64,000 bases of DNA from Haplodiscus bocki (lineage: Eukaryota). The stretch covers positions 51,832,001-51,896,000 of the forward strand of contig OZ296649.1 in assembly GCA_965655095.1 (NCBI GenBank), given 5' to 3'. Of the stretch, positions 36,521 to 50,243 are shown in pieces. A program made the position numbers and the translations under genes. The notes beneath the pieces were generated by a model. That model was given only the letters and a program-made list of their open reading frames with translations, did not search any database and was not told where the DNA came from. Every line of letters starts with the position of its first letter. Positions within the stretch are counted from its first letter, which is position 1.

Positions 36521-38574
36521 TTACTGTTCCCACAGAAATCGAATATTACGTACTAGTTGGGTAAATCTTCTTGAAACGGGTGTTATATGAGCGATGAAGT
36601 TAACTTCAGATTATCGGGTCCGAAATGATACCGATTGTATGTAGCCCGTCATCTCCACATTGTCCGCCATATCTGAAAGTAAATCTATTTCGTGACTGGG
36701 CAACTGCACGATTTCAAAAATTCCACGATTCAAATTTTGTACCATCAAGATGCGCCAGAGCTAACGTACAGTGCGTATTTAATGGTTGTTTCTAAAAAAA
36801 AAGTATGTTGAGCCAAATTTTTGGGGTATATGCGATTGAATTTACGACCGAATTTTTGCCACTCTAAGGTCCAAACGCTTTTTCCAACCGTTGAATTTCT
36901 AAATTTCCACCTGAAGTAAATAGCCGCTAAAGCTGATTATACGCCAACCTTCATAATGATTATACCTTTGACGTTTTGTTGTTGAAAATAAAGTAATCGA
37001 ACGTAAGCCCACTCTTGGTCAGGGAACAGCCTCAATTATCTGCCCAGAAATTGCTGTGCTAATACTGGAGGAAATCGAAGAGTCGTTGAACATATTGTTG
37101 GTATATTGAATTTTCTTGAAAAAAATCCAAGGGGCTATGCTTCCATTTTTTTCCGGAAGAAAACTAACGTCATGATTTTTTTTGATACGTGTCAGTTATC
37201 CTTACATTATCCGCCGCTTTTGCCGGCGTGCTTGTTGACTCCAGTAAATGAGCTCAAAACTCACTTTTCGCCGATTTGGACTGAATGATTACACTTTGGA
37301 CGTTTCATTCCAAATTCGATTATGAAATTCGGGCACATTCAATTATCCGCCCGAAAATGCTGATAGAAAATTGAGAGATTATTCAACTTTTTTTCAAAAT
37401 ACCAAGAACTACTCTCAACATTAAGGGTTACCGCTACGAGAATCTTGCGACTTGAGGGTGTTGCCGATTCTAGCCATCTTGGCTTGTTTTTTTTTGTAAA
37501 ACAGACTCACTTCGAATTGATCCAATTTTTACAGAAATTCTAAAGTTGCGCAAAATGAAATTTGTAAAGGTACAAATTGTACCATACCTTCCAATACTTT
37601 CAGAAAGCCAAAAAGTTCGCTCTACTCCCCTTTGCGTATACTGGAATAATTTTAAGAAGGCAAATGCTGAATTTTTTAGTATTGCTTTTACCGTTTTTTT
37701 CTCGAATATACAAATACCGAAAAACTTCGTGATACACTATGCATTTATATATCTGACGGGCAGAGCCCACTGTAGCCATTCTAGGCTTGTTTTTTTTTCG
37801 TAAACTTGCAAAAGGATCGATTCTGGAAAAATGCACCACTATTGGCTTAACATTTACCGTTAAAATGTACGAAATTTTCCTCAGAATTCGACTAATATTG
37901 CGTTTTGTAAAAAAAAAACGTATATTTGACCTATTTTTGTCTTTGAATACTTTTATCAATGTGAAGGAATGGAAAAATTTGACACAATGCATATTAAAGA
38001 TTAGTATTTCACAAACACGAGTTTACAAATCAAAATTTAGGTTTTTGGGCAAAAAGCTTGACTCTTCATAAGTTTTGTTCAACTGCTACTTTCCTCCAAT
38101 GCCTTTTTTAAAGCAAAGTTAGGTGGCAGAAAATATCTAGGTATTAGTCGGGTGCCTTGTTCCAAACACATTTATAAACTAAATTGGAAGCTATAAAGTA
38201 TTTGGAGACTAGCCGGTTTTTTGATAATACAGCCCCGAATAAATCACTGTTTCTATTGCACGTGCTATAGAAATGGTCGGCTGTCTTGTCAGGATGTTTT
38301 CTGTTAATATTTTTACATTAAATTGAAAAGCGTCGTGATCAGCGCGCTGAGCCTGTGTTCGTTTCTATTTTCTATCCACTCTTGAAGTTTATTTGAAGAA
38401 CTGGAAATTTGATCTAATTTTTATTTTGATGCGTTGATTAAAATAATTTATTGAATTTCTTGAAATTTTAAAAAATGGTCCAAAATTCTTGAAACTGGCA
38501 AAAGCAACTCTGATATTTTTGTGCCCGGTTAGGGACTATTTTGAACCATTTAGCGGAAAATGTTTTGTTTGCAG

Positions 38575-38670
38575 AGAACATGGAATTTGTCAATGCTACA
38601 AAGTGGAGACCTTATGAAAGCTGCACAAGCCAACATGACGAAGGTGAAGGCAAATTTTGACGACGTCTGA
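38575..38670 (+). CDS. ECH1: ECH1-like terminal exon
   Basis: tttgcag acceptor, then RTWNLSMLQSGDLMKAAQANMTKVKANFDDV*, matching the ECH1 C-terminal WNMSMLQT.DL.K segment. Phase 0 matches the donor at 11713. Confidence 0.9.
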   Translation, partial: RTWNLSMLQSGDLMKAAQANMTKVKANFDDV

Positions 38671-41600
38671 TTCAATTTGGTGCTTTACTTGAATGCTCGA
38701 AAAATCTCTTGTGGGACTTAGAATTCAGTTCCTCTTCCAGTTTATCGAAGAGAAATATAGCAGAATCATATAAAAAGACAATCTTTTGAAGTATGTTTCT
38801 TCTGGAAATGGATTAAGTGAGAATAGATTAGTGTAGCTCCATGATGAAACTGAGAACGTTAATGGGTTGATTTTTGGACAAAGTATCAAGATTTTTAAGT
38901 TTTCAGTCGGCGCGTTTTTCTTCTAGATTCCATCTATTAAACCGGATTTTTACCACCCAGAAAAATTCTGAAGTAAGTTCAGATATCGTTCAGCTTTTCT
39001 CTACCTTGAAAAAATCTCAACAGTTCTTGCTGAGAAAATAATTAACATTTTCATGTTCTCGTTTTCAACCAACGTTTTCCTTAGAGCTAGCAATATCTAG
39101 AAGAATTTAAGTTGAGCCGACTTTCGCAATTTCTGTTGATTGTCCTGTCATGATGGTCTAAAAGTGACAATGCCTAGAATGCTGATTTCCGTCCATTTTA
39201 ATTTCTTTTGTTGTTGCCAAACGCTTAATTGAAAGCCTATTATTATATGTAGTATGATTTAAGTCAAGCACTTTCTCGTGATTTTGTTTTGTTTTCCAGA
39301 AGCGATGGTTCAAACACTGCTTCAGTTGCATATGATGTCGATTTTAGTCAATATTTCAAATGATTTTGTGGAAGTAGTCTTTCAATTCCTTCCATCTAGC
39401 TCGATTGAAAGCTTATTATATGTAAGTTGTTTTAAAGGAAAAACGTACGGAATTTTTGCCATAATCCAAAAATTATCATACAAACATTGAGACGAATGCT
39501 TATGATACAGATTACTGTCAATTTTCTGAATGGTTTTTCTCTTAAACTAATGTCTGAAGTGTTTTTTGACGACTTAATCGACAGCTTTGTGAATGAGAAT
39601 TCATATAACTGGAACAAATTGAAAAGATTTTGATCCATGTATCGAAAATGATGGTCCAAACAATGCTGCTTATGATTATGATGTCAATTTCTAGAATGCT
39701 TTTTTTCCTAAACTCTACCCACTCCATTCTATTCATTTACGGCTTAGCCAACATGTTTCCATATTTAAAGTCATTTAACTGCCAATTTTTCCGGAATTCC
39801 AATTTCTGATATTTATGGTCTAAATATTGCTGCACATGCATAGGATTTCGATTATAGTTATCTTTTTCAAGTTTTTCTCTTGAATTGTCTTTTCATTTCC
39901 TTTCATTCATGGCCCAAAAGATTACTTTCTACATGAGAGTTTCTTATGGGCAGCTAGTTTTCTAGATTTCGATCTATTTTCGGAAATTCGCGGTGCAAAC
40001 ATTGCTTCGAAAGCATTCAATGTCGATTTTTTTTAAACTGGTTGTCCTAAACTACCCTTTCACTTTCTCTCATGCATGGCTTGATCGAAAGATCTTGATG
40101 TCGATTGATATAATTGGTTATACTTTCGAGGTTTTGTTTCATTTCCTCAAATTGATGTAAGCACTGCTGTGAAAGCATGGGTTGTCGATTTGAAATTGGT
40201 TATTCTCGTCAATCAGGCAGTGCATACTTTCGATATAAAGTTTAATCTAAGGCCTGCTCTATTTAGATTGATTAATACGGAGCTAATTTTGATTTTTTTT
40301 GTAGAAAAACAACTGTTTCCCAGGAATGATTCTCCTTCAGAAGCATATGCTGTAGTTTCTAGTCATTTTTCTCAATAACATATTGGAGTATTTCCATCCA
40401 CGGCTTAACGGTGAGAGTTTTCTGTTGGCTGCTTTACGTGCAGCAGTTTTTCGTTTATTGGTTACACTTACATGAAATTAAGGTCCATTTTTCTTCAGGC
40501 ACATGGTGTCGAAGTTCCTCAATATCCAAATGTTTTTGTCGTTAGCTACTATACATTCAGTTTTTTGTATTTGGGGTTTGATCAGCAATGTAATATGTGT
40601 TGATTGATTCAACCATTGCTCGTTCATGAGTTAAACTATTTTATTTCATTGTTTTGTTCAACTGAACTGTCAGGTTCAGAAAGTTCGTTCAATGCGATAT
40701 CAAACATTAGTCGAAAGTTTGCCTCCTGTCAATTGTGCAGTAAAAAGTTGACTCAATAGTTTGCAAAAGCGTTTTTGCCTATAGTGTTGGTTTAGGCTTC
40801 AGGTGAAGCTTAACTGGCTATAGATTTAGTTTTCTCTTCTTTTGGCACTTCGCAAACGCGCCTTGATTGACCGATTGATCGAGACTGAGCTGTAGTGAAC
40901 AGTTCTTGTTAATTCTTTCGACTTCAAGTACTTTTCTCAAATACCAAATAATCTAAAATTTGTATATTGAATTAGCATCTTATTTTCCGCCTTTCCAAAA
41001 ATGAAATTGCCCCAAAAAAATTGTTGAACCTCAAAGCGTCAAAAAAATTCAGAATGCTGAGAAGTTATCGACGCTTTTGATTTTGAACGTAATGAAAATT
41101 TTTCCGGGATTCTCCCAACTCAGTTTTTTCTTCGCGAATCGTTGTGCTAAATGGCTAATCCCGAATTTTAAATATTGTTTGCTCTCAGCGCTTATTGCCT
41201 GGCATCCTGATTTAATGCCAAGCATTTTTATTATTTTCAACAGTTTACATTATATAGAAACGCTAAATCTCCGTGTTTCTCCGATAATGCTTGCGGAACC
41301 AAAATTTAACCAAAACAGGTAAGGGCTCACTGAATTTACGTGCGAAAAAATTTCTGAGGCACAAAAAATTGTGCTTTTTTACAAAACCATGGTTCACCCT
41401 ACGGATTTTTGTGGCACTGCGAGACATATTTTTCAAAAAAGACGATGCTTTTCTTTGTTCACCATAATTTTCCGAAACATGTTCTCCAAAAACAATTTAC
41501 CAAAGGTGCCCCTTCGTTTTTCGCCACTGCGAGCCAAAAAAATCCAAATAAAGTTGCGATACAGTTTAAAATCGATAAAAGGTTTGTAATTTTACCCATT

Positions 41601-43619
41601 TGCATTAACCAGAAATGTTGCGGCTCGGCAAACGCAAAATTTTTTTCATACCCCCCTCCACTTTCCATTTTCCGAAAATTTTTATTCCGATAACACAAAA
41701 AATAAATGATGCTTCCTTTGCACATACCTGAAAAACAATTTCAACTGGCCGACCAAAATCTTTGAGAAACAATCCCTTTGTTTATACCAGAAAACTTGTG
41801 GAAAGACTAATACCAAAAAGTTTCGAAATACACCCTTCAAGTATACCAAAGTTTTTCAAGAAACCTAATATTTTAGAGCTGCTGAGTTTCCCAGGCACTG
41901 CGTATCGTACCGGGTACACCTACGTTTTTTGGAACAGGGAATCACATTTTTTGGCAAAAAAAGATCGTTAATTTCTGCGTTGATTCTTGGAAAAAAAATT
42001 TAGAATCCTTTTTTTACTTGTTGCATCAAAAGTTCAATAAGTTTTCAGAAACTAAAAGGTTTAGAAAAATACCATACGAACAAAGGTTCCTTTTATTCTA
42101 TAAAAAATGTTTTTTTGAATGAGGAATGTTACTGAATTTGTCAAATGGTTTTTATTTGATCAAACTTGGACCGAAATTCACAGCCATTTCATCAGGGTCT
42201 TAGATTAGTCTTTTACTTGAGGCGGACTATTCAGGAGAAAATAAATCGATTTTGTTCCCTCTGTTGGAATCCTGAGAGTGAAAAAATTTCAGAAAGTGCT
42301 GATAACTTTATTGGTGATATTAAAATCCATATTGTGCAAAACAGCTGGCTTAAATTTAATCGAAGTCTCAATCAACATCCTTTTACTTGGACAGTACTAT
42401 GAGAACAAGTAATTTTTTTTTCTGTTGGAACCCGGACGCTCGAAAACTGCCAAAAGTTGCACAAACTGAGCGAAGAGACTGTTCTTTCACATAAACTTAA
42501 GCTTCCGCTCGTCAATTTTTCGATCTCCTTTTCCTGCAAAAGAAACTTGAAAGTCGGCTTTTTTTCAACATTTCCGTCAAATTTCACTGTTTCGTACTGT
42601 AGGCAAGTCAGAGAACAACCTTTAGTTTGCCAAAGCTGATATTTTGATCTGTTACACTTTGGGTGATGACAGATTTTTTTGTTGGGCTTTTTTGCGGAAG
42701 AATCTCGGCAAACGAGCCTAATTTGGTGTTCCAAAGACACTTGTCGTTTTGAATTCTTCTGTCTTGGAACATAGGTCTTCAATATACTTGAAGTTTGTAT
42801 AGCTTCAATCAAAGATTCCCACTTGTGAAGTAACAACCATTTGTTTCTGTTTCATTGTTGATCGATAGGTATTGATTGCGAAAGTTTTGGAAATCAAGCT
42901 TTTTTTGATGTCCATTTTGTCATTTTGAAGTCCTACATACTGAAATTAATTGCAAAAAGAATATATTTTTTGCACAGTATTAAGAAAACAATATTCGATT
43001 GTCGCATACACTTTGGCTGTGGTCCCAGAATACAGTCTTCTTCGTTAGGTTTTTGAGCGGAGGAAAATGGAGATTTTTTCAGCTATTTTTATCGTTTTCG
43101 TGAGTTTTAATGCTATGTAGTCAATAATCAGCCCGAAAAAGACTCAGAATCTCCTTTGGCAAAACAAGCAGGCTCTAGTCTTTTTTCTATCAACTTGTGA
43201 TTGAGGTCAAATATTCCTGCTAGTTTTTTTGAGAGAACGTGGTAGTTAAGTTATTTTGAACTCTTGTCAATTTTCTTCATCTTGGGGCACATACGCCTGA
43301 AAACGGTCGAAATCGTCGATTAGTGTCATAGGGACGCTCAATTTTTTCGACGATTCTCTTGGGTCGCGATCAGGAAGTTGCGGCAGATTTTTAATGAAAG
43401 AAATTTCAGGATCGGGATTTTATGGCCTTTTTTGGATCTTTAGTCCTATATCCAGGCAGCAAGCAGTGAAATTGAAGCCGTTTGACATTGAAACAGTTAG
43501 AACACTCCAATGTATCACACGCTTTGTTATTTTGCGCCATGTTCTTTAGATTAGGGAAAGCAAAATCTTCCTCTCGGTTCGGCCCTTTCTCACGTTTTTT
43601 TTTGTACCCAATGTGCTAA

Positions 43620-44035
43620 TTGCGTTCACGCCAACAGCGGCAGTATGTTTTCGTTACTGAACGTGATTTTTTCACCAAATTGTAGCAAATTGGCCGCAGA
43701 ATGCGACTGAGATAGTAATATTTCTCCAAACGTTCAAAATTGGGTTATTTCGAAAGATAAGATGGGTTTTTCGAAAAACCTGAATTTTTTTCAATATCGG
43801 TAAAGGTGGCAATTTTGCTGTAGAATGCGTATCAAATGGTATTATTTCGTAGAAATTTTTCCTTCTTATTTATGAGGTTTTTTAGGCAAAAAATTTGAAA
43901 ATTTTGAAAGTTGAAAAAGTAAGATTAAGAAAGTGTTTTGTCGAGAAAAAAAACGTTTTCATCTTCTTAAAAGCCTTCTTTATGAAAAAAAGCGGAGGCG
44001 CAAAATGTGCGGGTAGTAGCAGGCTGCCTTGTTTA
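43620..44035 (+). repeat. Dispersed repeat family C copy, ending in a GC-rich segment and CTTGT
   Basis: Similar to 36100-36520. The Helitron-like 3' end is an inference. Confidence 0.7.
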
Positions 44036-45117
44036 AGTCGCAGTCTAAATTTTTTTTGATATTTCGTCTCCGAAAAAAAATCGATCTATTTGATTACTTC
44101 CGGAAGGCTTAGATTCATGTCAAATCAGTGAAACACAGATTTCATTTAGGTGTTGGCATGATTTTCCTATTTGTTGTGAAGCTCTTGCTGCTGCAAGCCT
44201 TGCACTGAGCCCTTGGTGCCTATGTTTTTTTCTTCGCTTCCGATTCATGACAAGCCGAAAATGGCAAAATTGTTATAATCCTATCTAGGTTTCGAACTCA
44301 TTTCTCCTCAACTAAGGGCTTGAAATCTTGGATCGAGGGAGGCTCAGGCGAAACCAGTGTACTTAAGAAGAACTATAAAAAAAGTACTGGATCTTGAACC
44401 TGGCGTCGGCATCTGGTATGCAGCTTTTTGTCTGTAGAAGGGTTTTTGAATTGAAATTCCTCGAATTTTACACATTGAACAGAATTTTCATGATCAGCCC
44501 AAGGTGCCCAAAACGCGACTGTCGTTATTTTGTCGAGAGTCCAACTTATAATTTTCTGAACTCGTTTGCAAGAAAACACTGCTTGCGCTAGAGCATTTAA
44601 ACTTTATTATAAACTAATTTTAATAAAAAATTACAAGTTAAAGAATCAAAGAAGACAAACGAAGCTTGAATTCTTCAGACAAGATCTCTGTGGACAACTT
44701 TCTTTTAAATCAAAAGTTTTCCGAAAACGATTTGTTGTAAGTTCGATCAATCATTTCCGCACCCATTTGACAGAAAATTTTGCCGTGCGACTGCTCCTCT
44801 TGTTTACTTAAAACTCAGTTTACTTGCGAGCGCAGACTAAGGAATTTAACTTTCGGTGGAAAAATCTCCAGAAAAGTCACGGTTTCGATATGCCAAAAAC
44901 ACGATTTACATCTTATGAGATTGGATGTAGCAATTTCATTGTTCATAATCGTGAGTTTTTAAGTTCAAAATATCAGAGATGATATTCAGGGCTACGAAGT
45001 TGACTCGGAAATTAGCTGATGAGACACTTCAAAATTGATCAAAAATTACCAAAGGGTAGTCATAACATTTCATTTAGTTACGAAGTACTTAGAGTGTTAC
45101 TCGGTTTTTGTCTTTTT

Positions 45118-45302
45118 TTGACGCTTTTTCGTACGACATTTTGCGACCTTTTCCAAAATAAGGAATGTCGTACAACATTTGAAAATTTGATTTTTTTTAG
45201 AACGCAGCATAGTACAGGAGGGGCCTTACGCATCATAGTAGCAATGAGAGCGCGCAAATAAAAAAATCAAATTGCTCCGGTCTTATTCGTCTTGGGTGGC
45301 TA
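45118..45302 (+). repeat. Dispersed repeat family A copy
   Basis: Similar to 6188-6345 and 9050-9225. Confidence 0.7.
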
Positions 45303-45565
45303 TGTTTTGACTTGATTTGAACTGCACTAACGGCTTTTTTGCTTTTCCAAGTCATTTTTCTCGGAAGACTACTGTTTGAATTCGGCCTTCTAGTGCTCAT
45401 TCCAAAACCCGCATTTTAGAGAATTTGCTGACAGTGATGAATACTTTTCAATTCAATCGCTTCGATGTTCGAGCTCGCCCCGGGGGGGGGGTGCTATTTT
45501 CAATTTGTACTTTTTAGTATGGGCAACTTGAGGCTCATTTTAATCGTAATTTTTTCCAGGAAGAT

Positions 45566-46591
45566 ATGGCAGAGGGACCGGCACCAGCATTGCCTGCTTC
45601 GTCAACATCTGATACTCCTCCCCCTGCTTACAGTGAAAGTAATTTCATCACTGCAAAGTTTAATGAAAAGAAAATCAAGTTTTCTGTCAACTTGGTTGAA
45701 GCTTCTAGAAGCAGTGTTGATTTTCTTCGTTTGGTCAGCAGGTATCCTCAACTCTATGAAAGACCATTGATCAACTTGGCCATTTATCGGTATGAGAAAT
45801 TTTGGCTCCCCCTAGCTGCCAAAGCAGGGCCTGCTGTCACCAAGTGGGTTGCTCCCCTTGACATCCAGTGGGCGTGGCATGTACACATGTTGGCACCGGT
45901 CTATTACGAAAAAGACTGCATGGCTCTTGTGGGTTGTATTGTAGATCATGAGCTGACCCCAATGAATGAGTACTTTAAAGCTTTGTCTGTCGCGAAGAAA
46001 GTATGGGAGCGAGAATACCCGAACGAGGCGTTTGAGATAGACTTGAAAACGGCTGCCACAACGGGTGCCAAAAGCGAAGAAGTGGCTTCTTTCGAGAGTA
46101 AATTTTCTTACGACATAGCTGGTGCTTCTTCCAGGCAAAAAACATTTTTTTATCAAGTTTCTCTACCCCATTACCTCGACCGAGCTTTCATTGAGAAGGC
46201 TGTCCAGAGGTATAAAAAGTTTTGCTTCCTCAAAAGTCACAACCCCAACACATTTTTAGTGCCATGCTACGATTTTGACGTGGTCTGGCATGCACATCAA
46301 GAACACCCTTTGAAATATAAAGCCGACACTGAAAAGCTGATTGGCAAACTTTTGAATCACGACGATTCCGTCAACAACCGCAATACTGGGTCTAAGTTAA
46401 TGAAGGCTGATGCACTTACCCGTGAAATGTGGTCGAAAGTATTCAACGAAAATTTCAACATTAACGGTGCCATGTTCAGGGGTGACATTCCTAGTGGCAT
46501 TAACACAATGTCAAAATTGGAACTTCTCAAAGTTGGATTTGCGGAAACGCCTTTCAGAATCACTCATCTCAAATTGACAACCAATACAGAG
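45566..46591 (+). CDS. DUF1399 / glycine-rich-domain-containing protein (GRDP-like), first coding exon
   Basis: AIYRYEKFWLPL, APLDIQWAWHVHMLAP, RQKTFFYQVSLPH, AVQRYKKF, FLVPCYDFDVVWHAHQEHP, LNHDDSVNNR, GAMFRG. Donor GAG|gttgga. Confidence 0.9.
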
Positions 46592-46658
46592 GTTGGATAT
46601 CAAACGCTTCTCTTTGTCTTTCGGTTTTGTGTGGTTACTCCCAACTGTTTTGTTTCAG

Positions 46659-46823
46659 GTATATAACACTAAAAAATTGAAAATATGTGCCAATTATGGT
46701 GGCAAAAAGATTTCTATATTGTTCGATCCTGGGCAAATAGAGTGGTCGGAAAATAAAAACCAAGTGACTTCTGGAACAAACAGCTTTGTTTTGGACAGCT
46801 CTCTGATTCACAAATTAGACATC
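46659..46823 (+). CDS. GRDP-like gene, second coding exon (further exons not found in window)
   Basis: tgtttcag acceptor, 55 open codons in phase 0, gttagt donor. Confidence 0.7.
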
Positions 46824-47188
46824 GTTAGTTCTTCAAGCTCATGATTTGTTGGGTTTCAAGTAAATGTAGATGGTGTTTCAAAAAGCTGCTAGAATTTCAG
46901 CGGAATTCGGTGTTTGGGGAACGATTCTTCTGAAAGTATACAATTTACCTGAAAATGTTCAGAAGGAAAATTTCTTAATCCGAACATTAAGAAAAACAGT
47001 CGTCGTGTTTGGCAAAAACCGGACCATTAAAGTTTAGCGGAAGTAGGGCTCGGAAGACGACGTTCAATGCAGAATGACTTGTAGTTAAGTCCGTGCATTG
47101 GTTTTTATGGCAAATTGCAAACTCAAATTATCGGTTCAATAATTTTTGCCTATATCCTGAAAATGCACTTTTCAGCACATTGTAATAC

Positions 47189-49750
47189 TATTTAAGCTGG
47201 CAAATCGTCAGCCTATTACGGTCAATGCGCGTTTTTTGTCGTCCGCCAATGTTCCAAGATTTTGTTCATGCTGAATTTAGTTACGTCGCTCGTTTTGATT
47301 GTTTCTGGTCCTGAAATTGCATGGAAAATTTGTTGCATCCGATTGTTTTTTAGCCTGTAGAATTACATAAGGAGAGCCAAATTTCGGAAAACTTCCCCTA
47401 AAGAAATCGGCTATTTTTCAATTTTATTCGTGAAATACTGTAATTTGTGTTTGAACGATCGAATAGTTTAAGGTGTTTCTTGGATACTCGGAATCACCCT
47501 GTGACCCGTAATATCACCATGTTAAGGTGTGAATGTGAAGTTTCTTTCATTGACAGCATTTTTCATGATTTTTCAGCGTAAAATCTTTTGTTGTAACTGG
47601 AAATATAACATCGCTTCCACTTGAGTTGACGTTGAACTGTTTTTTCCTCGAGTGATGCTCCCATCCCCTGTGGTTCATCCCCTGCTGAATCAACTGCTGA
47701 CAGCTGGTCGGTTGTTTGAACTGCTGGGTTAGTCGGTTCTTCAATTTTTTTGAATAATATTCTCACCTGAAAATCGAAACTTTGAAAACGTTTCTTTCGT
47801 TGTTTGGCAAAAATGTTTTTGCCATTGACTGTTGGTGGTATTCGGTGTAATGAGCGCTCATTAAACTATTCGAGATCCCGTGCTTAGGGTTTTGCAGAGT
47901 AGGTTGTACAGTTTAAGTAGTATTTTTTCTTTTGAATCTTGCCTTCCATCTGAAAAATCAAATTTTTTGTTTTACCTAAAGATCGTTTTTTTTTGGACAA
48001 CTATGGGCCTGAATGGGCCCATTTTTCACTGGCTGATTCAACTAGTTGTGGCCTGAAGGTTCCGTGGGGTGACGTTAATTGTCTGTTTTGTTTTTTTTAT
48101 TGCCAGAAATGAAATAGAAAAATCGATGTTTTTGAATTGTGTAGAAATTGTGCGCTTCTCTCACACTGACAAGCGCTCGTATTGGGTAGGCATCGATTGC
48201 CTTCAGGTGCTCGCAGAGAGCTTCGGTTGAACATAGAGAAGTTTCTTGCTTTTTCAGTTCGATAGTTTAGTTGTAAATTGAAAAATCGAAGATGTTTATG
48301 CGTCGATCGTTGAAAGTGCTTTTCTTGAGGACCGGTTGTTCAATTGCCTTTATCCGAGTTTATCTCGAGGCTTCTTGCTCAGAAAATGTGCAAGAATTAG
48401 CAGAGGTTGTCGGTCTTTTACTTTTGTCTCTAATACCTGATTTTTAATACAGGAAATCTAAGAACTCTTATCTTGCGTCGATGAGCAAAAGCTTGTTTCG
48501 CGGTGACTATTGGTCGGATTGAGGCCATGTCGCCCTCAAAGGACGACTCACTGCCTCGCAGCTTGGTGGAATATCAAGGTTTGTGTGTCTGTTTTTTCTT
48601 GCTGCTACTTGTTTCAACAGTGGTTTTTTTGTGCTGTCTAAGAGCTTTGATGCAACTCTGCCAATTTTCTTCAGTTCACGACGCCGTTATTGCACAGCTG
48701 TCGATCCATCTTTTTTTGATCGAAAATGCGGCAGAAGTATCATTTTTTCTCCAGCTGAAGCAGTTGTGCAGTGTGAAGAATGTGTGAGTATTGCCACAGA
48801 TGTTGTCCCTTCAAACCCAAGTTGGTTGTTCACTCGGTAATTTAAAATCTATCTTGTGCAAATTTTGTGTGCCAATAGCTTGCGAAGATCAATCTCGAGT
48901 CTGTGTTGCTTTTGCCATCTGAGGGAAGCAGTTGTGTTACGGTCGACGTGCACATTCCTTGCATCCTGCCATAACTCGCATTTTCTTAGAAATTCTAAGT
49001 TTTCCGAAAATTTTTGATTGTTGATGGGGCCGACTGCGAAATTGTTTGGTCTACCGATTGCGCCATCTGCTCTGGAAGGCTGACAAATATCACTGGCATT
49101 CTATACGTAAATATAGATTAGAGCTGTGTTTCTTCCTTAACTTCAAAAAAACTAATTCTTTCCAGTTCAAAAGTGGTTTTTTGGAAGCTATCGATCGAAA
49201 TCCAAGCGTTCGTCCAGAATGGGAAGTTTAACGTTTCTACTTGCCTTAATGGTTACTTCTTCCACTTGTCTAGTTTACGGATTGCGTATCTTATGAGGTT
49301 TCAAAAGAATGGATCTGGAACACATCAGCGGATGATGGGCCGAAGAGGAGGACCAGTTTTTAGAAAGCGGGCAAAGTTCATGTTGAACAAAAATATCTTT
49401 TTTTTTGAATTTCAATTAACACGAAAAAGGATATAAAATTAACAATTTTCCTCAATTTCTGCGATTAAAGTTTTCGAGATTTGCAACTTCTTCATTTTTC
49501 TAACACGTTCTTTAGAAAACTTTCATTAATTATGCCTTTTATACGTAATTGCAGAGCACAAAGCGAATGGTTTTCGAAAGCGGACCGTAACAGTCGAGGT
49601 CTTGTATTGGGCAGCGGGCGGCGGCCTGCAACGGTCCTCTGATCACGCTGTGTTTCTGATTTGATTACAGACCTAAGACCTGCCAGGAAAACATCCTAAT
49701 ATTGGAAATATACCTGTAGATGCCGCTGTAGTTTGGGATTGGCTCGCCAA
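47189..49750 (-). mobile_element. Unclassified decayed element; related copy at about 500-2900
   Basis: Shared end TATTTAAGCTGGCAAA..CAGC.TATTACGGT at 500 and 47189. Shared minus-strand remnant KCELW.D..NV near 2380 and 48980. Boundaries uncertain. Confidence 0.4.
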
Positions 49751-50243
49751 TCCTTGAGGCTAATTATTATCAGTGACCGGAAGGGGGCGGTTCACATTAT
49801 AGCAAGTCAACTTCTGCTTTTATTCACTGTCCATCCAAATTTAAAAGTTCACCAGCGAAATTTATCTATGAGCTAGTAGCATTGCCTAATTTTTTTGAGA
49901 ATCTGAAAAACGTAACCAGCCATTAAACGAACAGCTCTTGCAATATTAATTCTGTTCCATTTTCACGAAAAATATGACATTCTCTATAAAGGAGAAAGTA
50001 TCGACTTATCAGTAGTATACGGATTGAGGGTATCAGAACGGGGAGGGTCCTCGGCTAATGGGAGGCTTCCTACGGGTTTAATTCTACATCCTATGCAAAT
50101 GGAAAAAGCTCGTACTAATTAATTAGCTGAGCAACAAGTTATTCTCGAGACTGACAGTCGGCAAAATACATATAAAATCATACAGTACACATTGATTGGA
50201 ACCAAGGAATCAATTTGCAATGAAATGATCATTTTGTTATCGA

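Noticed and set aside
33000-45100. Numerous 60-150 aa ORFs
   Set aside because: They are F/K/L-rich translations of AT-rich repeat DNA with no recognisable motifs. Only the ECH1 terminal exon is supported.
46592-46666. C-terminal tail VGYQTLLFV... of the 366-aa ORF
   Set aside because: It is read-through into a 67-bp GT-AG intron (46592-46658).
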